Assembly (NCBI GenBank): GCA_043811535.1
Contig: JBDRNC010000018.1
Coordinates: 108,455-172,454 of the forward strand
Source of the DNA: Elusimicrobiota bacterium
Lineage (GTDB): Bacteria > Elusimicrobiota > Endomicrobiia > Endomicrobiales > JBDRNC01
DNA length: 64,000 nt
Direction of reading: 5' to 3'
Both the position numbers and the translations under genes were made by a program. This document shows, one piece after another, positions 9,692-18,967 of the stretch. The first letter of the stretch is position 1. The number at the start of each line of letters is the position of its first letter. Under the pieces are notes generated by a model that saw nothing but the letters and a program-made list of their open reading frames with translations, was not told where the DNA came from and searched no databases.

Positions 9692-11338
9692 TTACTGCCA
9701 ATTCCCGGATTTGAAGTAATCCCACAATTCATCGTTCGCGTATTCCGGGTCCGGAAGGCCAACATCGTTCCTAAACAACCCGAATGAAGACTCGTGATAA
9801 GCATGGTAGGTGAAACTTAAGCCGTATTTCTTGGACAGCTCCACCATATCGCGCACCCAGTTGATGCCGCCCCTGCCATTTTCAAAACAAGGTCTGTGAG
9901 CCCCGAATTCCCCCATATACAGCGGAACATTGTTGTCTATCCCCCATTGAACGCAGGTTTTCATCCTGTGCTCAAGATAGTCCTTGTTCCTGCGCATCAG
10001 TTTCCCGGACGGGCTGCTTTCCGTGCCTATTCTTAAGGAACAACGCGCCCCGGCAGGGACGCCGGCTCCCTTCATCCACCCGCTGATGGAATAATAGTAT
10101 CCGTTTTTCATTTCAAAACGCAAGTCGTCGTTATAACACATCGCGTCGCCGGCGCCTCCTGTTATCTTAAGCGAAGCGTTGTCGCTGTGCCCGTCGGTTT
10201 TGGTTAACTCTACCGCGGCGGTATTTAGCCCGCTCCATATAGTCCAGAAAGTTTTTGAATTGACGCCGCTTTCCCTTACTGTCCTGATGAATTTTCCGTC
10301 AGGCCCGTATTCATTAACGGTGATATCGTCAAAATAGACCGCGCCGGTGTTATTGATAGTTTGCAGCGCGGGCTTGCCGGCCAGCAAATAAGGATCCGTG
10401 ACATGATACTTTTCCCCTTCATAATACGTCCATGCTGAATTCCCTTCAGGCACCGCAGGATTCTCGGACACTATGCCGTATTGAATACCGGCTATATCCC
10501 TGTCCGGCGCAATTATCCTGTCAGGATCGGGATATTTTCCGCCTTCCTTGCCGCCCGTCCCCGCCCAGGAACATAACTGGTGCGTGTATTCCAGCGGATG
10601 ATAAAAATGGAAAGTGTATAATATACCGGGGTCGTTCACCAGGAAGAATTTATTGGTAAACCACATCCTCCAATCCCCGCCTTTTACCATCATAAGCTGT
10701 TCCACGATTATAAGGTGGTTCTTGTCCGCGGTACGTATGGTCGAAACGAGTTCTCCGGCCAGCGTCTTCCATTGGTCGATGGATTTTGAGACATACGGCT
10801 CATTGACAAGTTCCAACCCCGCGATGACAGGCTCGTTTTTGTATCTTTCCGCTATCGCTTTCCACAGCGCTTTTAAACGTTTCTGGTTTTCAGGCACATC
10901 CCAAAGCGCCATGCCCTCGCCGGCGGATTGATACCCGCCCTGCGGAATGGTCATGCTCAGAATAAGATATATACCGTTTTTCTTCGCCCAAGCGACGTTT
11001 TTGTCCAGCCAGTCCCACGCGCTTTGCCTGTAAGCGTACGGCTTGCCGTCATCTTCAAACAACTGGTAGTCCATGCAGAACCTGACGACGTTCATGCGCA
11101 TTTCCCGCAGGCGCCGGAAGTCTGTTTCCGAGTGATGATTTGCATCCGGGACCGGGCCGTCTTCCCACACTTTATTTCCGAAATTAAAGCCGCGAAGTAT
11201 AATGGTTTTGTCGCTTTTCCCGACAACCAGATTCCTCCCGCTCCTGCGGATGAAATCCTTCGGGTCCGGTTGGACGCACAGGCCTTGAACGGCGGAAAAC
11301 AGAAGAAAAATAAGGACGGCATAGATAGGCTTTTTCAC
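9692..11338 (-). CDS. Secreted glycoside hydrolase family 5 (cellulase-like)
   Basis: Signal peptide MKKPIYAVLIFLLFSAVQG. GH5 catalytic region with NVVRFCMDY and GIYLIL motifs, plus the conserved acid/base motif LELVNEP. Confidence 0.75.
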   Translation of the reverse strand: MKKPIYAVLIFLLFSAVQGLCVQPDPKDFIRRSGRNLVVGKSDKTIILRGFNFGNKVWEDGPVPDANHHSETDFRRLREMRMNVVRFCMDYQLFEDDGKPYAYRQSAWDWLDKNVAWAKKNGIYLILSMTIPQGGYQSAGEGMALWDVPENQKRLKALWKAIAERYKNEPVIAGLELVNEPYVSKSIDQWKTLAGELVSTIRTADKNHLIIVEQLMMVKGGDWRMWFTNKFFLVNDPGILYTFHFYHPLEYTHQLCSWAGTGGKEGGKYPDPDRIIAPDRDIAGIQYGIVSENPAVPEGNSAWTYYEGEKYHVTDPYLLAGKPALQTINNTGAVYFDDITVNEYGPDGKFIRTVRESGVNSKTFWTIWSGLNTAAVELTKTDGHSDNASLKITGGAGDAMCYNDDLRFEMKNGYYYSISGWMKGAGVPAGARCSLRIGTESSPSGKLMRRNKDYLEHRMKTCVQWGIDNNVPLYMGEFGAHRPCFENGRGGINWVRDMVELSKKYGLSFTYHAYHESSFGLFRNDVGLPDPEYANDELWDYFKSGNWQ

Positions 11339-11441
11339 AAGTTTCTGGTTGGTGTTTTCCGTTATCGTTTCAAGACGACCAACATTAATGCAATTAAATC
11401 GAAGTGCCCGTCAGGGTATACTATTCACCAATCCCTAGTCA

Positions 11442-11618
11442 TTAGTCCCTGCCATTACTATCTGTACAGCAGTTCCAACGCCTTATAGACCAGCATCGCG
11501 GGCCAGAAAAGGGCTTGACGATACCAAGCAACCCCATCCAGAACGATGACGCGTGCTGGATGTAATAAACCGCCGCGCCGAGAAATCCCATACCGTAAAA
11601 AGGCATTGAATGCTTCAC
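11442..11618 (-). CDS. Small hydrophobic membrane protein, paralog of 14927..15088; apparent 1-nt frameshift in the C-terminal third
   Basis: GTG start with AAGGAG 7 nt upstream. The N-terminus (KHSMPFYGMGFLGAAVYYIQHASSFWMG) aligns with the paralog. A single-base deletion relative to the paralog at about 11503 shifts the frame. The conserved C-terminal ALFWPAMLVYKALELLYR is readable in the -1 frame. Confidence 0.4.
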   Translation of the reverse strand: MKHSMPFYGMGFLGAAVYYIQHASSFWMGLLGIVKPFSGPRCWSIRRWNCCTDSNGRD

Positions 11619-11690
11619 GTTGAACTCCTTAGCGTTAGAATAAACTGCCGTATGTGAAATCCGCCGTGGCGGAAACTCACCTCTCTATTA
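11619..11690 (-). promoter_or_regulatory. Conserved 5' leader motif copy (more diverged) upstream of the small membrane protein gene 11442..11618
   Basis: CCGCCACGGCGGATTTCACATACGGCAGTTTATTCTAACGCTAAGGAGTTCAAC-GTG. Confidence 0.45.
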
Positions 11691-11768
11691 ATTAGGAGTA
11701 CCCGCCAGGATATAACCGCTCCTTTGAAACCGTGATCCCACCCCGTAGGTTGGATACTCTTGGTTCAG

Positions 11769-13004
11769 TTATTTTGAATGCGGAACATCCGCCGAAGGCA
11801 ACTCGACCGTGAAGACCGCTCCCTTGTCGTACTCACTCCGCGCGTGGATCATGCCTCCGTGCTGGCGGACGATCTTGTAAGACAGACTCAAACCGAGACC
11901 CGTGCCCTCGGCATAAGTGGTAAAGAAAGGTTCGAACAACCGGTCAATCTCGCCCTTCTTGATGCCCGGCCCGTTATCCGATATCTCTATAATGACAGTT
12001 TTTCTCTTGTACGAGGTGCTTATCCTGATCTCTTTCGCCCTGTTCTCGCGCTGCGACACAAGAGCGTGGCGCGCGTTCTCTAGTATGTTTATTAAAACCT
12101 GCTCAAGCGACTGGGCGTTTCCCGAAACAGCCGGCATATCTGGCCCGAGATCCTTTCTGACGCTTATATTATCGAAGACAAGCTGTTCTCCGGTAAGCGA
12201 AAGGGCCGATTCCACAACGTCGTTGACGTTCAGCAACAACCGCTCGGGCGCTTCGCCCAATCTGACGTAATCCATTATATTCTTAATTATGCGCGAGGTC
12301 TTTTCTGAAGCCGAGACAATATTTTCCCACAGTTTCTGCCGTTCCGCTTCGTCATGTTCCTTTCGCAGTTCGCCCGAGTATCCAAGGAGGACGCACAAGG
12401 GGTTCCTTATCTCGTGCAGGACCGCGGCAAGCATTTCGCCGAGTGCGGATAAGCGTTCCATGTGCGCGACCTGTTTTTCCGCGGCCCGCCGTTCCGCGTC
12501 AGAGTAATATAGGAATATGAATGAAATGATGAAAAAGAACGGGATACGCAGAAGGAGCACGGTATTATTCAAAGAAATCTCGCCGCCCCTCAGCGACACC
12601 AGAGCGCCGTATACGACTACGACCACTATCGTCATCACGAACGCGTGCCCGATGCTGTTCCTTCCGCCGGCCATGAAGATCATTAAAAAATAAACCAGAT
12701 AAAGGTCCGAATCGATGCCATGGCTGAAATAGATAAGTAAGGATATCAGGACTAAGTCCAGCATGAAAAGCGATATGCGGAACCAGCGCAGAGAGAAATA
12801 GCGCCGGTCAATGAAGATGAAAGCCACATTCGACAGCGCGTATAGCGAAAAAATAAGTATCAACGGTTTCAAACTGTACACCTTATTGGCGTCAAAGCCA
12901 TACATAACAAGAAAAGCGCAAACGATGATAACCAGGAAACGGAGGGTTATCAGCACACTCTTATCATTCAGCGCAAATGCCTTTTTAGTCAATGGACTAT
13001 TCAT
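11769..13004 (-). CDS. Sensor histidine kinase (multi-TM N-terminus, HisKA, HATPase_c); no cognate response regulator adjacent
   Basis: H-box LSALGEMLAAVLHEIRNPL and G-boxes DNGPGI...GTGLGLS, with about 6 N-terminal TM helices. Confidence 0.8.
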   Translation of the reverse strand: MNSPLTKKAFALNDKSVLITLRFLVIIVCAFLVMYGFDANKVYSLKPLILIFSLYALSNVAFIFIDRRYFSLRWFRISLFMLDLVLISLLIYFSHGIDSDLYLVYFLMIFMAGGRNSIGHAFVMTIVVVVVYGALVSLRGGEISLNNTVLLLRIPFFFIISFIFLYYSDAERRAAEKQVAHMERLSALGEMLAAVLHEIRNPLCVLLGYSGELRKEHDEAERQKLWENIVSASEKTSRIIKNIMDYVRLGEAPERLLLNVNDVVESALSLTGEQLVFDNISVRKDLGPDMPAVSGNAQSLEQVLINILENARHALVSQRENRAKEIRISTSYKRKTVIIEISDNGPGIKKGEIDRLFEPFFTTYAEGTGLGLSLSYKIVRQHGGMIHARSEYDKGAVFTVELPSADVPHSK

Positions 13005-13090
13005 AGTTTTTTGGCGTTTAGCGTACGGCGTATCACCTTAAGAGGTCGTCTTCTGTTTCCCGCTTCCTGCTCCCTGCTTCCTTCTTCCGT

Positions 13091-14827
13091 CTACTTTGCT
13101 CTGTCCGGATAGGGCAGCGAAGCCTTTCCATGCATCAGTTCAGCCTGTGAATTTACCTCCGTCATGGCGGAAGCGAGCGCCTTATATATGTTGTCGTGTA
13201 TGTCATATATACCGTAATTCGAGTTTTCCCCGTCGAACGACCTTCCCTGCGGCGATTCATCGGCGTACATAAACCAGTGATAGCCCACCGCGTAAGGGAA
13301 ATCCATCAGCTGCGCGACGTATTTGCGAAAACCGTCCGCCCTGTCTTCCTGGCTCTGAACTGTCACATCGGCCCCGTGCGTGTTCCTGTCGCCGCTGGCG
13401 TTTTCCATCGCCCTGTACGAGAACTCGGTCACCATAACCGGCTTCTTTCCCAGAAAATACATGTTATCAAATACTTCTTTCCTGAGGATTTTGTCTTTCG
13501 CGTAATAGTTGAGCGATATTACGTCGCAGTATTTCCCGCAGGCCTCAATGACTCTTTTCGGAGCGTTGTTTGCGAAACGCGAACCGAGTATCAGGTGGTC
13601 CGTGTCATATTTGCGTATCGCTGAAGTCATCACGGCGAAATATCTTTCCGCCACCCTTCCCGCGAACTCTTCCCTGTCTTCGTCAGTACGCCCTCCGCGT
13701 TTCGTGAGCGGGCCGTACAGGCCGAACTCTTCAAAACTCTCAAAATTTGTTCCCCAGACGCCGTTAAACTCGCCGATATCGCGGTATCTTTCCTTAAAGA
13801 AAGCGGCCAATACCTTGCTGCCTGGAGTGACGGAGGGCAGGTTTGAATAAACGTCAAGCAGGGTTGTCACGTGGCCGGTGTACCAGCCGACATCGCCGTA
13901 CCACGGCAGTTCGTTATCCAGAAAATATCCGATTAGGTATTTGGCTCCGCTCATGCGCCTGCAGTACTTTTTGATTACCTGTTCCGCGTTCAATTCAAAA
14001 TCCGGCGCAAACACATCCGCGAGCCTGTGCGAACTGGAAACATTTACGTAGATGAACAGGGTAAACGGAAGGTCGTACGCGAATGAATGGTCGTTTGACC
14101 AGCAGCCCAGGGTATTGAAGTTAAGCTTCTTGAGCCGTTTCACGGCCGAGGCGCCCCACTTCCTCAAATTCTTGAATTTTCCGGCAACGGAGTAGCGCTC
14201 GGATCCTTCTTTTGCGGTGCCGTCTTCCGGTACCACGGCGTCCACGCCTTTTGAAAGGAAAAGCCCTCCGTCCGGATGGACAAGCCAGTAAATGTCCCCC
14301 TCTTTTCTGATCTTGAAGAAGCTGTTGCCGGTCTTGTAGGTAGGCTGCACGCTGACATCCTTATACGGTTTGTCCATGAATTCCGTCTCCCAAATGGAGT
14401 TACCCCATTGCGTGGCCCTTTCAATGCAATTTATCATGACGTATTTGACCTTGTAGGCCTTTTTAAAATTTATTTTCCTGTAATTGCCTTCCAATTCCCC
14501 GGTGACCTCCGCGGCTGTCTGCCATTTCTCGTTATCCGTTGAAACCAGTATCTGATAGCTGTACGCGGCGGCGGTTTCCCAGTGAATGCCCACGGCCCTT
14601 ATGCCGGTGATCCCGGCGAACTCATATTTTATCCATTGGTTGTCCGCGAAATCAGAACCCCACCTCGTTTTCATGTCGCCGTCGCAGGCCATCATGGGCT
14701 GGTAATCGCTCTCCCCGGAAGAAGCCGTGACTGACGATATTTTATTATTGAGCTGGGCCGATACAGGAATATTTAACGCGGCAAGAAGGGACAATGCAGC
14801 CAGAATGGTATTTATGGATAATCTCAT
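13091..14827 (-). CDS. Secreted protein with N-terminal F5/8 type C (discoidin/CBM32-like) domain and glycoside-hydrolase-like TIM-barrel region
   Basis: Signal peptide MRLSINTILAALSLLAALNIPVSA. Discoidin-like segment SDYQPMMACDGDMKTRWGSDFADNQWIKYEF. The remainder is a large catalytic-looking domain. The family was not resolved. Confidence 0.5.
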   Translation of the reverse strand: MRLSINTILAALSLLAALNIPVSAQLNNKISSVTASSGESDYQPMMACDGDMKTRWGSDFADNQWIKYEFAGITGIRAVGIHWETAAAYSYQILVSTDNEKWQTAAEVTGELEGNYRKINFKKAYKVKYVMINCIERATQWGNSIWETEFMDKPYKDVSVQPTYKTGNSFFKIRKEGDIYWLVHPDGGLFLSKGVDAVVPEDGTAKEGSERYSVAGKFKNLRKWGASAVKRLKKLNFNTLGCWSNDHSFAYDLPFTLFIYVNVSSSHRLADVFAPDFELNAEQVIKKYCRRMSGAKYLIGYFLDNELPWYGDVGWYTGHVTTLLDVYSNLPSVTPGSKVLAAFFKERYRDIGEFNGVWGTNFESFEEFGLYGPLTKRGGRTDEDREEFAGRVAERYFAVMTSAIRKYDTDHLILGSRFANNAPKRVIEACGKYCDVISLNYYAKDKILRKEVFDNMYFLGKKPVMVTEFSYRAMENASGDRNTHGADVTVQSQEDRADGFRKYVAQLMDFPYAVGYHWFMYADESPQGRSFDGENSNYGIYDIHDNIYKALASAMTEVNSQAELMHGKASLPYPDRAK

Positions 14828-14926
14828 ATGGTTATTATATCAAAAAAGAAATACCGCGGGCGCGTAGCCGCTTTACGGGGGTAGGTCGTTCTCCGTCTTC
14901 CAACTTCCATCTTCCGTCTGCTGTAA

Positions 14927-15088
14927 TTATTTGTACAGCAGTATAAGCGATTTATAGACTATCATCGCGGGCCAGAAAAGCGCCTTTATACAACCAAGCA
15001 CGCCCATCCAGAAAGTGACGGCCCCTTTGATGTAAAACACCGCCGCTCCGATGACTCCCATGACGTAAATACTGGATCTGATAATCAT
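14927..15088 (-). CDS. Small hydrophobic membrane protein (53 aa), conserved-leader-associated
   Basis: Hand translation: MIIRSSIYVMGVIGAAVFYIKGAVTFWMGVLGCIKALFWPAMIVYKSLILLYK. AAGGAGG precedes the ATG. It is absent from the ORF track, which omits short ORFs. Confidence 0.5.
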   Translation of the reverse strand: MIIRSSIYVMGVIGAAVFYIKGAVTFWMGVLGCIKALFWPAMIVYKSLILLYK

Positions 15089-15160
15089 ACCAACCTCCTT
15101 GAGCACAATAAGTGTTTCTACTAAATTGCCTTATGCGAAATCCCCGTCAGGGGATAATTG
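15089..15160 (-). promoter_or_regulatory. Conserved 5' leader motif copy upstream of the small membrane protein gene 14927..15088
   Basis: CCCCTGACGGGGATTTCGCATAAGGCAATTTAGTAGAAACACTTATTGTGCTCAAGGAGGTTGGT-ATG. Confidence 0.5.
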
Positions 15161-15463
15161 TCCGCCGCGAACCCAAGAGGACACTTAATTAAACATCCAA
15201 TTGCATGCCGATATTCTATCAAATAACACTTCGGAAGTGTTAGAGCGGTTATGGTGACCAATACAACTTCGTAGGTTGTATCGGTTTAAGCGCGAACAAC
15301 TGCGGGATATATATCCCGCACCCCCGCGGATATGTCATATTTATATTGAAAATACAATGCGAATATATCCCGCATTTTATCCCGCATTTATCCCGCACTT
15401 CAGGGCCGCGGATATCTGCGGGATAAATCTATTCTGGTAAAGCCTGACGCCGTTTCTCAATTT

Positions 15464-15979
15464 TTAGAACTTTTTTGAAAGAGTGAATCCTGCAGGACTG
15501 GTTTGCGCTCCAAGTGATAATTTTATTCTGCCTGTATCTCTGTTATATAACTCTATCGCTCTGTTCTGCGCATCCTGCGCTGCTATACCTGAGGTATGGC
15601 TGTTGATTGCATTTATTACACCAAGAACCATAAATCCTATACCTTCCGCCTGCCTTGTCGCAATACCATTACTATCAGTTATGTCCCTGCTGCTTAAATA
15701 CCTGTTATATCCTGCAATCACAAACACACAACTGAAAATTCCATCACTTATGGATGAAATTCTTCTTTCGCTGCACATCTTTAACTGCTCAACAGCCGCT
15801 GGAGACTTCTCTTTGCAGAGCTCATTAAAATTCTTTAGCGTAAGCAGCCTGCCGTCCACATTCACAAGATTTTTCCTGAATCCTTGCCTTAATACAAAAT
15901 AGGCAGGATTCCCTTCCGCGAACGCGATACCCGCTAAACACGATGCGACTAAAAACAATACAACGGCTCTTTTCATCAT
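15464..15979 (-). CDS. Hypothetical secreted protein
   Basis: Signal peptide MMKRAVVLFLVASCLAGIAFA with AGGAGG upstream. No recognisable domain. Confidence 0.5.
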   Translation of the reverse strand: MMKRAVVLFLVASCLAGIAFAEGNPAYFVLRQGFRKNLVNVDGRLLTLKNFNELCKEKSPAAVEQLKMCSERRISSISDGIFSCVFVIAGYNRYLSSRDITDSNGIATRQAEGIGFMVLGVINAINSHTSGIAAQDAQNRAIELYNRDTGRIKLSLGAQTSPAGFTLSKKF

Positions 15980-16172
15980 TGATGCCTCCTGGATTTCACT
16001 TCATTCCTACCTAAGGAACTACAGCCCTTTTTTGAAACGCGGGAAACGGGGTCAACTTGACAACTTAAGCGACTTCTCCTTCCCTTTTACGACTAAATGT
16101 ATCTTTTGTCGATTTATGCGCCATCACAACGATTTTATTCTATAATTTTGGGTTGTTTTTTGCAAGAATATA

Positions 16173-16224
16173 AAGGGGACGGTTCTATTTTTTCTGAAAG
16201 AAAAATAGAACCGTCCCCTTTTTT
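16173..16224. terminator. Bidirectional intrinsic terminator hairpin, member of a 3-copy repeat family (GGGGACGGTTCTATTTTT...AAAAATAGAACCGTCCCC), followed by a TTGCAA-N17-TAGAAT promoter
   Basis: Perfect long inverted repeat flanked by A/T tracts on both sides. Confidence 0.6.
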
Positions 16225-17275
16225 ATTGTTTGTTCAATGCGACGCGCTGCCTGGGCAAAGCGTCGGGATAATTATTTTGTATAAACCCGATAAGTTTTTC
16301 CCTGACCTCGCACCGCAGGTCCCACGCGGAAGAGGAATCATCCGCGCTCATCAAAGCCCTCAATTCAACGGAATGCGAGTCTGTGTTCGTCACCTGCAGC
16401 CCCCACGCCTTGCTGTTCCACAGTTTAGATCCTTTGAGTATCTTATGCAGTTCTTCCCTGACAGCCGAAATGGGCACGGTATAGTCAAGATATATGAATA
16501 CGGTGCCCAGTATCTCCGAGGTATCCCTGGTCCAGTTCTGGAAAGGTTTTTCGATAAAATAGGAGATGGGTAGGACCATGCGCCGCAAGTCCCAAATTTT
16601 GACCACTACATAGGTCAGTGTTATGTCTTCTATCTTTCCCCACTCGTTTTCTACGATAACCACATCATCGATTCGTATGGGCTGAGCGATTGCCAGCTGC
16701 ACTCCGGCGAAAAGGTTTCCCAGTATCTTCTGGCCGGCAAAACCCACCGCGATGCCTATGATGCCCGCGGAAGCGAGTATGCCCGCGCCCAGGCTGCGCA
16801 CCTTGTCGAATGTCATGAGTATGATACCCAAAGACAGCACCGAAACGACAAAGATGACTATTCTGTTAAAAACCTCGAACTGGGTGAATATCTTTCTCGC
16901 CTTCAAATTATCCTTATCATCCAATTTATATTTCCGGGTGATGAAAACTTTCAGTACGTTAGGCGCCTGAATAACAAGCCAGGCAAAAGATACGATCCAG
17001 CAGATGCTGATAAAACGGCTGATGGCTCCGCTCAGGGAAGGCGCAAACTCCAGGGCCGGCAGTACGAAATTCACCGCAAGAAGACACAGGATGAGCCGGG
17101 CCGGTTTCTTGGAATATTTTACCATTGCGTCGTCCAGGACGTTGTCGCTTTTTTTTGTGAGTTTTTTAAATACGGCATATAGGACGTAATGTAAAACCAG
17201 CCCCAGAACGACGGATCCGGCCAGGAAGGCCGCCGGCCGCCATAACGCTTCCAGGCTTTTCAACAGATAATCCAT
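16223..17275 (-). CDS. Mechanosensitive ion channel, MscS family
   Basis: MscS pore/beta-domain region GIIGIAVGFAGQKILGNLFAGVQLAIAQPIRIDDVVIVENEWGKIEDITLTYVVVK. The start is set at MDYLL (GGAGAT upstream). Confidence 0.8.
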   Translation of the reverse strand: MDYLLKSLEALWRPAAFLAGSVVLGLVLHYVLYAVFKKLTKKSDNVLDDAMVKYSKKPARLILCLLAVNFVLPALEFAPSLSGAISRFISICWIVSFAWLVIQAPNVLKVFITRKYKLDDKDNLKARKIFTQFEVFNRIVIFVVSVLSLGIILMTFDKVRSLGAGILASAGIIGIAVGFAGQKILGNLFAGVQLAIAQPIRIDDVVIVENEWGKIEDITLTYVVVKIWDLRRMVLPISYFIEKPFQNWTRDTSEILGTVFIYLDYTVPISAVREELHKILKGSKLWNSKAWGLQVTNTDSHSVELRALMSADDSSSAWDLRCEVREKLIGFIQNNYPDALPRQRVALNKQ

Positions 17276-17392
17276 AATTAATCTCCGGTTAAAATAGTTT
17301 CCGAAATTCCTCTGAGTTCTCAGAGACATTGCCAAGTATTACAGGAGTAATTCTATATCTTTGGGTTGGTATTTGCAAGGAAAATGAATGCG

Positions 17393-17444
17393 AAGGGGAC
17401 GGCTCTGTTTTTCTTTTAGAAAAAAATAGAACCGTCCCCTTTTT
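17393..17444. terminator. Second copy of the GGGGACGG...CCGTCCCC terminator module (TTGCAA-N17-TAGAAT promoter for mscS adjoining)
   Basis: Same repeat with 2 mismatches. Promoter seen on the minus strand at 17350-17378. Confidence 0.6.
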
Positions 17445-17453
17445 CTCTTTTTT

Positions 17454-18821
17454 CTAGACACTGGCCACCGGTTTTTGCACAAGCACTTTATTCTTCCACT
17501 TGCCGCTGCGGTAATACCAGTAATTGAGCGCCAGGCTGATAATAGTGCTGAGCACTATCGCTATCCAGATGCCGTGCTCCCTCAAAGAAGTGTACTTGAT
17601 AAGGAGTACCGCTATGGGATATCTTATTATTACCAGCCCCAGCAGCGTGAATAAGAACATGTAAAGCGTGTCGCCCGCGCCGCGCACAACGCCCTGCAGA
17701 GCGAACATGACGGCTATGAAAAAGTAGCTGATGCTGACTATGCGGATGTAACCCACCGTTATCGCTATGACCTGCGGTTCATTGGTGAATATGGACGCGA
17801 TCCTGGCCGGGAAGGAGTAAATCACTATGAAGAAACCCGTCGAAAGCGCGAGCGACATCAATATCGAGAGTTTGAGTATCTTTTTCACGCGGTCAAACTC
17901 CCTCGCGCCCAGGTTCTGCGCCGCCATTGAGGAAACGCTCATCCCTATCGCCATGGCCGGCAGGAAAGACAACTGGTCCAACTGCATGCCTATCCCGTAC
18001 GCTGCCGTTGTGCTTGAACCGAACGAGTTGACCAGCGAGACCACGAATATCTCGCTCATGGCCACAAGAACCATCTGCAAGGACATGGGTATGCCGATGA
18101 CAAAAATCTTTTTTATGATGTACCAATCAACCGCGTAGTCCCACGAGTGCACGTTGAGCAGAACGTGCGTCCTCAGCACGAAAAAATATGCCAGCACGAC
18201 CATCACCGCGTTGGAAATAATCGGAGCGAGCGCCGCGCCCTCTATGCCGAAGCCCGGCATCGGGCCGTATCCTTTGATAAGCAAAGGCACCAGCACAATA
18301 TTAAGGACGGTGGCGACTATCAGTAGATACAGGGGCGTCTTAGCGTCGCCTAGCCCGCGCAATATGCCGCTGAACCAGAAAAATATGAAAGTGAACGTTA
18401 CGCCGATAAACATCGTCCTGAGGTATATGCGCGCGTCCGGGACTATATCGGCCGGAGTTTTCATTATATGAAGGAAGAGCGGCGTAAACATAAAACCGAG
18501 CGCCGAAATGAACACGCACATGACAACGCTGGACATGAAGGAGTTGCTCAGGACTTTCGCAAGGAAGGCCATGTTTTTGGAGCCGAATGCCTGCCCGACA
18601 AGGATGTTTGTGGCCATTGTAAGGCCTATAATGGCTGAAACGAAGAAAAAGATTATCGGCATTGTGGACGAGACGGCGGCAAACGCCTGGTGGCCCAGCA
18701 AACGCCCGACCCAGATGGCGTTGATGAGGCCCAAGGCCGCCTGCAGGAGGTTGGCGAGAAGCATCGGTATGGAAAAAGCGATAAGTTGTTCTAAAACGCT
18801 GCCTTTTGTAAAGTCTCTCAC
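17454..18821 (-). CDS. MATE family multidrug efflux transporter (GTG start)
   Basis: 455 aa with 12 predicted TM helices and the duplicated MATE architecture. The 5' UTR carries a hairpin plus U-tract. Confidence 0.8.
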   Translation of the reverse strand: MRDFTKGSVLEQLIAFSIPMLLANLLQAALGLINAIWVGRLLGHQAFAAVSSTMPIIFFFVSAIIGLTMATNILVGQAFGSKNMAFLAKVLSNSFMSSVVMCVFISALGFMFTPLFLHIMKTPADIVPDARIYLRTMFIGVTFTFIFFWFSGILRGLGDAKTPLYLLIVATVLNIVLVPLLIKGYGPMPGFGIEGAALAPIISNAVMVVLAYFFVLRTHVLLNVHSWDYAVDWYIIKKIFVIGIPMSLQMVLVAMSEIFVVSLVNSFGSSTTAAYGIGMQLDQLSFLPAMAIGMSVSSMAAQNLGAREFDRVKKILKLSILMSLALSTGFFIVIYSFPARIASIFTNEPQVIAITVGYIRIVSISYFFIAVMFALQGVVRGAGDTLYMFLFTLLGLVIIRYPIAVLLIKYTSLREHGIWIAIVLSTIISLALNYWYYRSGKWKNKVLVQKPVASV

Positions 18822-18904
18822 GTTTATTCCTAATAAGCAAAAACGTTACAGCGTATTCGGCTGTAACGGATAATTAAATTATATCTAATTAGACGCTATA
18901 AAGC

Positions 18905-18958
18905 AAAAAAGGGGACGGTTCTATTTATTCTGAAAGAAAAATAGAACCGTCCCCTTTT
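18905..18958. terminator. Third copy of the GGGGACGG...CCGTCCCC terminator module between the MATE gene and the radical SAM gene
   Basis: Same repeat, flanked by promoters facing both ways. Confidence 0.6.
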
Positions 18959-18967
18959 CCTCACACC

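Noticed and set aside
11340-11460. Possible sigma70 promoter and leader similarity (GGCACTTCGATTTAATTG) upstream of the GH5 gene, treated as a separate regulatory feature
   Set aside because: 1. There is only a single copy, with imperfect -35 and -10 boxes (ATGACT-N16-TATACC).
2. It is noted under the TPP and tandem-promoter finding rather than called as a feature.
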